From Nitrospirae bacterium MYbin3 (GTDB lineage Bacteria > Nitrospirota > Thermodesulfovibrionia > Thermodesulfovibrionales > Dissulfurispiraceae), in assembly GCA_002753335.1 (NCBI GenBank), contig PEAD01000025.1, positions 1 to 43,895 of the forward strand: DNA of 43,895 nt, in the 5' to 3' direction. A model generated the notes under the pieces. The model searched no databases. It was not told the origin of the DNA and worked only from the letters and a program-made list of their open reading frames with translations. Shown here piece after piece: positions 37,082 through 43,895 of the stretch (within the stretch, counting starts at the first letter, position 1; every line of letters begins with the position of its first letter). The position numbers were made by a program, and so were the translations under genes.

Positions 37082-37684
37082 TTAGTAACCCATTTCCTTT
37101 ACCCACTTAGGACTCTTCTTCCGAGCCCATTCCAGAGGAACAGTTCCGCTCAGCATAATGCGGAGAGTGCCGGGGTTTGCCAGCGTGGCAAGGTATATAT
37201 GAGCGGCAACTGCAAAAACTATGTAATCAAAGGCTATGTTGTGAGCAAGATGAGAAAGCAGAATATATTTTTTCACTCCCGGCATAAGCCATATAACAAA
37301 TCCTGAAACAGCTATGGCGATACCGGATACAACAAGGCCAAGATAAGCGAGTTTCTGACCGGTGTTCAGTTTGCCCATAGGCGGAACATGAGGATGCTTT
37401 GAAAGATAGCCTCCAAGCATTGACAGCCATTTGAGGTCATCTCCTGTCATATGCAACGACTCCGGCAAATAAAAGAAAATCGAGATAACAAGAGAGCCTG
37501 TGAAGACAATACCGGCATAGTTGTGAATCACCTTCATCTGGGCAAAACTTCCGAAGATTCCGGTCATCTGCTCAAGATGAAAGAGAAACGCATAGCCTGT
37601 AAGCGCTAAAATGAAACAGCTTATCGCAAGCACCCAGTGGTTGAATATCTCGAAAACACCAGCCTTTCTTATCATCTTATCCAT
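37082..37684 (-). CDS. fdnI: Formate dehydrogenase gamma subunit (cytochrome b)
   Basis: NHW, IHN, GKLN.GQK, AHN, HIY; four TMs. Confidence 0.92.
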   Translation of the reverse strand: MDKMIRKAGVFEIFNHWVLAISCFILALTGYAFLFHLEQMTGIFGSFAQMKVIHNYAGIVFTGSLVISIFFYLPESLHMTGDDLKWLSMLGGYLSKHPHVPPMGKLNTGQKLAYLGLVVSGIAIAVSGFVIWLMPGVKKYILLSHLAHNIAFDYIVFAVAAHIYLATLANPGTLRIMLSGTVPLEWARKKSPKWVKEMGY

Positions 37685-38441
37685 CTTTCTTCACCTCCTC
37701 ATCATCTTTGTGTGGCCCAATAACCACGTAATGTAGCAGAGAGGCTGCAACCGCACCGCCAACTCCCCAGTATGCAAGCGGCTTGAGAACCTTATGCCAG
37801 AAGACAATTGATTCTGGTATCTGCGGATTCTCTTCCATGCCGTAAAGTTTCGGAGAATCTTTGAAAGCATAAATTGAACCGAGGCCTCCCAAGTCAGTAT
37901 CCCCGTACACCTTAGCAAATCCGGCCTTTTTTGATCCTCCGATAAGCGAGTCGCGTTCTCCGTATTTTATCGCTCCGGTAGGACAGGTTTTCGAACAGGC
38001 AGGCTCAAGTCCTGCCGCGATCCTGTCTTCGCAGAGATTGCATTTAGAAATCTTGTCCTTTGCGTCATAGCGAGGAACATTGAACGGACAGCCGGCAACG
38101 CATAATTTACAGCCGATGCATTTTTCTTTGTTGAACGCCACAGCGCCCTCTTTTGTTTTGTACAGAGCGCCCGGCGCCGGACATATCTTCATGCATCCTG
38201 CATCGTCGCAATGCATGCACCGCTGACTTACAAAAAGCCAGCGCACAGGATCCTTTTCTGACGGCACCTCGACATACCGTATTTTGTTGAAAACTATAGG
38301 CGTCAGGTCAGCCGGGTTTTCGAAACTGCCTGTGTTCTTTGTCTTCTCGGCAGGAAGCTGGTTCCAGCCCTTGCAGGCGGTCTGACAGCCCCTACATCCT
38401 ATGCAGAGTTCCGGAGATATTAATAAAGCCTTTCTTGCCAT
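37677..38441 (-). CDS. fdnH: Formate dehydrogenase beta Fe-S subunit
   Basis: CIGCRGCQTAC, CMHC....C...CP, CIGCKLC...CP, KCNLC; C-terminal TM. Confidence 0.92.
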   Translation of the reverse strand: MARKALLISPELCIGCRGCQTACKGWNQLPAEKTKNTGSFENPADLTPIVFNKIRYVEVPSEKDPVRWLFVSQRCMHCDDAGCMKICPAPGALYKTKEGAVAFNKEKCIGCKLCVAGCPFNVPRYDAKDKISKCNLCEDRIAAGLEPACSKTCPTGAIKYGERDSLIGGSKKAGFAKVYGDTDLGGLGSIYAFKDSPKLYGMEENPQIPESIVFWHKVLKPLAYWGVGGAVAASLLHYVVIGPHKDDEEVKKDG

Positions 38442-38453
38442 GCCATCACCCCC

Positions 38454-41400
38454 CTATGCCTTTTCGACATTGACCATAAAGGCCTTTGTCTCTGGAATCA
38501 TTGTATTTGCATCACCGACAGTTGGAGTAAGCAGGTTTGAGGAGTCCCCACCGCTTCCATCTTCAGGGAACTGCCAGCCGAAATGCCACGGCAGTCCGAC
38601 CTGATGCACCGTTGAATTAGCGACCTTGAACGGCTTAAACCTATTGGTCACCATCGCGATCGCCCAAACCTCGCCCCTTGCCGATTTCACCGTAACCTTG
38701 TCGCCGCTCTTTATGTTCTTCTCTTTAGCAAGCTCCTCGCTCAGCTCCACAAACTGCTGAGGCTGAAGCTCGGCCTGCCAAGGCAGATGCCTTGTGAGAA
38801 CGCCGGTCTGCCAGTGTTCGGAAACGCGGTAGGTGGTGGCAACATACGGAAACCGCATATCACATGAAAGGAACTGATCCTCTTTCAAACCGCCCTTCTT
38901 GTCAAAGAACATCTTGATAGCAGGATTGACCCTCTGCTTAGAGAGAAGGTTTGCCTGCAGAGGACATTCAAGAGCTTCATAATGCTCAGGGAAAGGCCCG
39001 TCCGCAAGCCCCGGTCCGAATAGCGCGCCCATGCCATCCGCCCTCATTATGAACGGATACTTGCCCGCCTTTTCATCAGCCATCGGCGGCGCAGGCCCGT
39101 CAGGCACATCGCCTTCCCATCCGGGGCCGGTCTTTTTGGTCTTGGGATCCAGCTTATTCGGATTCCATTTAATGACAGCTCTCTTCGGATCCCATGGCTT
39201 GCCTTCCATATTCACCGAAGCGCGGTTGTAGATAATCCTTCTGTTTACCGGCCAGCACCAAGCCCAATCAGAGAATAGGCCTAGTCCTGTCGGGTCATCC
39301 TTCTTTCTGCGCGCCATCATATTGACCTGCTTATCATCCTTCATCGTGTAGCTTCCGCTGTATATCCAGTTTCCGCAGGAGGTTGTTCCATCAAGCTGCA
39401 AGGTGACAAAGTTCGTGCAGAGGTCTCCTTTTTTGCCCACAACCTTGTTGGCCTTCTTGTCAACGAGCTCTTCTATATAATAACCGTTGACCTCTTTTGC
39501 TATAAGATGGGTATTGACAGCCTTTGCTCCGTAGTTCCATGTGAGTTTTAAAATAGGATCAGGAAAAGCGCCGCCCTGTTTCTGATACATTTTCTTGACC
39601 CTGAGGAACAACTCATTAACAATATCCGAATCCGGCTTTGACTGGCCAATCGGCTCGATAGCTTTATATCTCCACTGCGCCAGGCGGCCTGAATTGGTTA
39701 TGCTTCCCTCTTTTTCAACCGACGATGCGCAGGGCAGCATGAAAACTTCGGTCTGAATATCTTTCGGATTCAAGCCCGGCCCTTTCCAGAAAGATGCGGT
39801 CTCATTGTCAAATAGGTTTACATTTACCATCCATTTGAGCTTGGTCAAAGCAGTTCTTACCTTGCCTGCATTGGCTCCGGAGCACGCCGGGTTTTGTCCC
39901 CATGCAAAAAAGCCGTCGAACTTGCCTTTGTACATCTGGTCAAAGAGATTGAGCCATGAAGCATTCATGCCCTCATCCAGTTTCGGGAGATAATCATATG
40001 CAAAACCGTTTTCTTTTGTGGCATTGCTTCCATAAATGGACTTCAGATAGCTAGTGATGTATTTGCCCCTGTTGCCCCACCAGTTGACGCTCCTCGGATC
40101 TTTTGTCTTTGGGGTAAGCTTGTCAATATAGGTTTTGAGGTCAACAAGAGTGGCTGACGGTACAGGAATATATCCGGGCAGAATGTGGAATAAAAGCCCG
40201 AAGTCTGTGGAGCCCTGAACATTAGACTCACCTCTCAAAGCATTCATTCCTCCGCCGGCCATTCCTATGTTGCCAAGCAGAAGCTGAATAATCGCCATCG
40301 TCCTGATGTTCTGAGTGCCCACTGTATGCTGTGTCCAGCCCATCGCATAAAGCTCGGTGCCTACCCTGTTGGGCTTTCCTGTTGAGCCATAAGCTTTATA
40401 AACCTCAAGCAGCTTTTCCTTGGGCGTGCCTGTGATTGAAGAAACCTTGTCGGGAGTATATCTTGAGTAATGCTTTTTCATAATCTGGAACACGCAGTTC
40501 GGGTCTTTCATGGTCATGTCTTTCTTAGGCAGACCTTTTTCATCCATCTGGAAAGACCATGTCTTTTTGTCGTATTTGCGTGTTGTTTCATCGTAGCCCG
40601 AGAAGAGGCCGTTTAGCTCAGCAGGCCCTTTGAAATCAGGGTTTACAAGGTATGTTGCGTTAGTATAGTTAACAACATATTCTTTGAAATAAAGGTTGTT
40701 GTCCAGAATATATTTTATCATGCCGCCCAAAAATGCTATGTCTGTTCCTGAACGCAGAGGCGCATACAAATCAGCCCTTGCCGCGGTCCTTGTAAATCGG
40801 GGATCAACAACAACAAGCTTTGCACCCTTCTCTCTCGCCTTCATAATCCATTTCATAGATATCGGATGATTTTCTGCAGGGTTGCTGCCCATTACCAGAA
40901 TTACATCAGCATTCTTTAAATCCACCCAGTGATTCGTCATCGCACCGCGTCCGAACGACTCTGCCAGAGCCGCAACAGTTGCGGAGTGTCATATTCGGGC
41001 CTGATGCTCTATATAGACGAGCCCCCATGAACGGAGCATCTTCTGCAGTATATAGCACTCTTCATTGTCGAGCGCTGCACTTCCAACATGGGCTATGGCA
41101 TCGGTTCTGTTGACAACAAAATCCTTCTCGACCTCAACATCCTTGCCGTCAGGCCCTTTTTCTTTTACCTTTGATTTAGAGGTCAGCTTAAAACTTTTGT
41201 CGCGGGTCTTCTTTACCCTTTTGGCTATCTCATCAAGCGCCCAGTCCCACTCCACCTCTTTCCATTCAGATGCCCCTGCCGCACGATATTTCGGCTTTTT
41301 AAGCCTGTTGTCATTATTGACAATCTGATAAACTGACTGTCCTTTAGAACACAAGGTTCCCTCGTTGATCGGGTGTTCTGGGTCGCCCTCGGTGTTGACC

Positions 41401-41603
41401 ACCTTACCATCAATTGTCTGGACAAGAATTCCGCAGCCCACAGAGCAGTAAGGACAGATTGTGTTTGTGGTCTTGGCGTTCTTGGTCCTGAGTTCAGACG
41501 GAGCAGCAGCTTCTGCCTCTTTTTGTTCCGGCCCGGCACCTACAGAACCTGCCAGAAGAGTTCCTCCCGAAAGTTTCAGGAAGTCGCGTCTTGATACAGC
41601 CAT
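38454..41603 (-). CDS. fdnG: Selenocysteine-containing formate dehydrogenase alpha subunit (1049 aa)
   Basis: Tat motif SRRDFLK, CPYCSVGC, EHQARI-TGA(40991)-HSATV..GRGAMTN in one frame joining two track ORFs. Confidence 0.96.
40955..40984 (-). promoter_or_regulatory. SECIS-like structure of fdh alpha
   Basis: gcggctct-GGC-agagtcgt stem; GG 23 nt after UGA; alternative ccgcaa/ttgcgg stem overlaps. Confidence 0.75.
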
Positions 41604-41729
41604 AATGTTACCCCCTTTTTTGAGCCTCGTTTGATTCTCATCCGAATCAATGGTGTTATTATCATAAATTATAAGCGTATAAATCAATGCTTAGTTTAAG
41701 CAGAAAAATAATACGGTTTGATTCTTTTT

Positions 41730-41758
41730 TTGACAAAACGCCGATTATGAGATAGACT
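41730..41758 (+). promoter_or_regulatory. Sigma70 promoter for the multiheme cytochrome
   Basis: TTGACA-17-TAGACT. Confidence 0.6.
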
Positions 41759-41824
41759 TTATTTATAATAATCAGCAAAACATCTCAACCACAAAAAAAT
41801 TATTTTACTTAAGGAGGCTTCATC

Positions 41825-43732
41825 ATGAAAAAAGGGTTGGTGTCGTTTATTATTCTTTTATGCGCCGTCTGCTTGTTTTACGCAATACCTGCAGAATCAA
41901 AGAAAACAGGAGGCAACACATTAAAGGGTGTGGTTCAGGATGTATCAGGACAGGCTATCGACAAGGTTGTGGTTTATCTGATACCGTCCAAAGATGTCGA
42001 GTCAATGGCAAAAACACCGATTATAGTGAAAAGAAACTCTCCCAACGATGAACCTTTGGAAGACAACCTTGCCGCAAACATAGACAACTACAAACAAGGA
42101 ACCACCGACAAAAAAGGCAAGTTCATCATTACTAATATCCCTGACGGCAAATATTTTATATATGCGGAACCGTCAGATAAGACCTACCTCCCGGGGGGAG
42201 ACCAATCTGATATATCCATGTCAACGGCCGATTTCAAGGGCAAGACAGTAAAGATACTTCTTTCGGGTAACGTTTCTCCTGATGCCACCTATGTAGGCTC
42301 AACAAAGTGCCTGACCTGTCATGCTAAATACTCAAGCGTAAAGAAAACCCTCCACAAGCTCGGCATCGCTGTTCCGGGAAAACCGAGCAAACTGCAGGAT
42401 TATTCACGATTCCCTAATTTCAATGCAGGGGTCAACAAACTATCCGCCGGAACCAAGTTCTATTTCTCGGGCTTTGACAAAAGCAGAGGTTTTGACAAAT
42501 ATCAGATCTCAGAAAAAGCGCCTGCAGACCCAGCCTCTGTAAGCTTCACCGCAACCTTCTTCAAAGATGCTGACGGCTCGCTGAAGTTCAAGACAGAGAA
42601 TTTGAAAGACAGTTCAGACCCAGCAAGGACATACACGGTTGCGATGACATACGGGGGCGGGCTTTACAAACAGAGGTATCTCGTAAAAGTCGGCAATGCC
42701 CACTTTCCATTTGTTCAGTACAATACAGAGGGGGATGATAAGCTGAATGACAGAACCAGAAAGCCATGGAGAGATTACCACGGCGACTGGTTCTTCAACG
42801 AAGAGAAGAAAAAACTTTCGGATCCTCCTGCAAAGAAGTCCTTTGAGATTGAATGCGCCTCCTGCCACTTCACCGGTTACAGTTTAGTTCATAACGTAGG
42901 CGGGGATTATCTGGCCGGGGCTGTATCTGATCCAAATGGAGAACTTGACATTGACGGCAATGGTATGCCGAATGAATTAAATATCGGCTGTGAAGTTTGC
43001 CACGGCGCCGGTTCAGACCATGTAAAGGCTCCGAAGGCAAAAAAGGCTGCAACGATAGTCAGTCCTCGGAAACTTGCTCCTGAAAGGGCATCCGTAATAT
43101 GCGAGCAGTGCCACACCAGACCACAGGGGAACCTTAATAATGACCAGCCTGTAAACAAAGATAATAGGATGTTGACGCCGGGAACGAGCAGAAATGATTA
43201 TCTGGTCAACTTTACGAGCAGAGAGGATGCCAAGCAGTCTGATTTCTGGCCTGACGGGCTCCATTCAAAATCACATCATCAGCAGGGAACCGACTTCATA
43301 AAGTCAAAAAAATACAGAAACGGCAATCACATCATAATATGCACCGACTGTCACGACCCGCACGGAATAACAGAGGTTAAGCACCAGTTGAGGGGTGAGG
43401 TAAGAGATGAGAAAAACTCTCTCTGTGTAAGTTGCCACAAGAACATAGCTGACATCAAAGCCCATACAGCTGCAAAGGTGGGGGTGGCGCATACCATGAA
43501 GATTAACTGTGTTGACTGCCACAATCCCAAAACTATGCAAACTGGATCAGGGAAAGGCAAGGGGCTGACGCGAAAAGACGGGAAAAATTACTGGATGAAT
43601 GATATTTCTTCCCATATTTTTGATGTACCGAGAAAAGACAACAAGGGAGTTAAAGGTGTTGATCCGGCAAAGGCTATGCCGATCCCTTATACAAATGCAT
43701 GCGGTTCCTGTCACAACATTGAAGGTCTGTAA
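41825..43732 (+). CDS. Exported octaheme c-type cytochrome with N-terminal beta-sandwich domain
   Basis: Signal peptide; CLTCH, CASCH, CEVCH, CEQCH, CTDCH, CVSCH, CVDCH, CGSCH. Confidence 0.9.
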   Translation: MKKGLVSFIILLCAVCLFYAIPAESKKTGGNTLKGVVQDVSGQAIDKVVVYLIPSKDVESMAKTPIIVKRNSPNDEPLEDNLAANIDNYKQGTTDKKGKFIITNIPDGKYFIYAEPSDKTYLPGGDQSDISMSTADFKGKTVKILLSGNVSPDATYVGSTKCLTCHAKYSSVKKTLHKLGIAVPGKPSKLQDYSRFPNFNAGVNKLSAGTKFYFSGFDKSRGFDKYQISEKAPADPASVSFTATFFKDADGSLKFKTENLKDSSDPARTYTVAMTYGGGLYKQRYLVKVGNAHFPFVQYNTEGDDKLNDRTRKPWRDYHGDWFFNEEKKKLSDPPAKKSFEIECASCHFTGYSLVHNVGGDYLAGAVSDPNGELDIDGNGMPNELNIGCEVCHGAGSDHVKAPKAKKAATIVSPRKLAPERASVICEQCHTRPQGNLNNDQPVNKDNRMLTPGTSRNDYLVNFTSREDAKQSDFWPDGLHSKSHHQQGTDFIKSKKYRNGNHIIICTDCHDPHGITEVKHQLRGEVRDEKNSLCVSCHKNIADIKAHTAAKVGVAHTMKINCVDCHNPKTMQTGSGKGKGLTRKDGKNYWMNDISSHIFDVPRKDNKGVKGVDPAKAMPIPYTNACGSCHNIEGL

Positions 43733-43741
43733 ATACACGCA

Positions 43742-43783
43742 AAAAAAAAGAGGCGGCAGGGAATCCTGCCGCCTCTTTTTTTT
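43742..43783. terminator. Bidirectional intrinsic terminator
   Basis: A8-gaggcggcagg-gaat-cctgccgcctc-T8 between convergent genes. Confidence 0.92.
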
Positions 43784-43792
43784 GATAAAATG

Positions 43793-43894
43793 CTAAAGCC
43801 TGTCTGCTTCGTTGCGAAAAGAAAAGCCCCTTAGAGGCGGTATCCTCTCACCCTTATACTGAATCATCACTTTATGACTCATACCCATTCCTTC
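43793..43894 (-). CDS. 3' end of a gene entering the window, possibly MidA/NDUFAF7-like methyltransferase
   Basis: EGMGMSHKVMIQYKG...EADRL-TAG ending at the terminator. Confidence 0.5.
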   Translation of the reverse strand, partial: EGMGMSHKVMIQYKGERIPPLRGFSFRNEADRL

Positions 43895-43895
43895 A

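Noticed and set aside
36854..37306. 150-aa plus-strand ORF and similar antisense ORFs throughout the track
   Set aside because: Shadow frames of well-supported opposite-strand genes
1..43895. CRISPR array, tRNA (including tRNA-Sec), rRNA
   Set aside because: No spaced repeat array or recognisable RNA gene seen by eye; not computationally excluded

Overview
Low-GC bacterial chromosome segment; the gene set and order suggest an anaerobic Nitrospirota/Thermodesulfovibrionales-like or deltaproteobacterial organism (inference). (1) 1-3.7 kb: CIRCE-controlled heat-shock cluster (three Hsp20, PAS histidine kinase, degP truncated at a 103-bp inverted duplication at the window start). (2) 3.9-14.4 kb: partly decayed accessory region with UV/oxidative-stress genes, two RelE-type TA loci (one toxin with three nonsense codons), a complete IS1202-family element with 17-bp target duplication, frameshifted genes and small Cys-rich ORFs. 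(3) 14.5-35 kb: mostly core genes (trmJ, apbE, bactofilin/M23, purM, nadC, valS, RomR-like regulator, iscR-tusA-iscS-iscU, NarX-type HD-GYP, ABC permeases, dksA, yajQ, mlaEF) plus two more TA pairs. (4) 35-43.9 kb: redox block with a selenocysteine formate dehydrogenase operon, a UPHC DsbA-like selenoprotein coupled to an atypical MauG-like diheme protein, and an octaheme cytochrome. The main result is a hidden selenoproteome missed by the ORF track: two well-supported Sec genes and two candidate small selenopeptides (31705-31899 and 10088-10276), each with a GG-loop hairpin 17-23 nt after the UGA. A secreted peptide with beta-defensin-like Cys spacing is also present. No rRNA, tRNA or CRISPR array was recognised. 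Family assignments come from recalled motifs; no database search was run.
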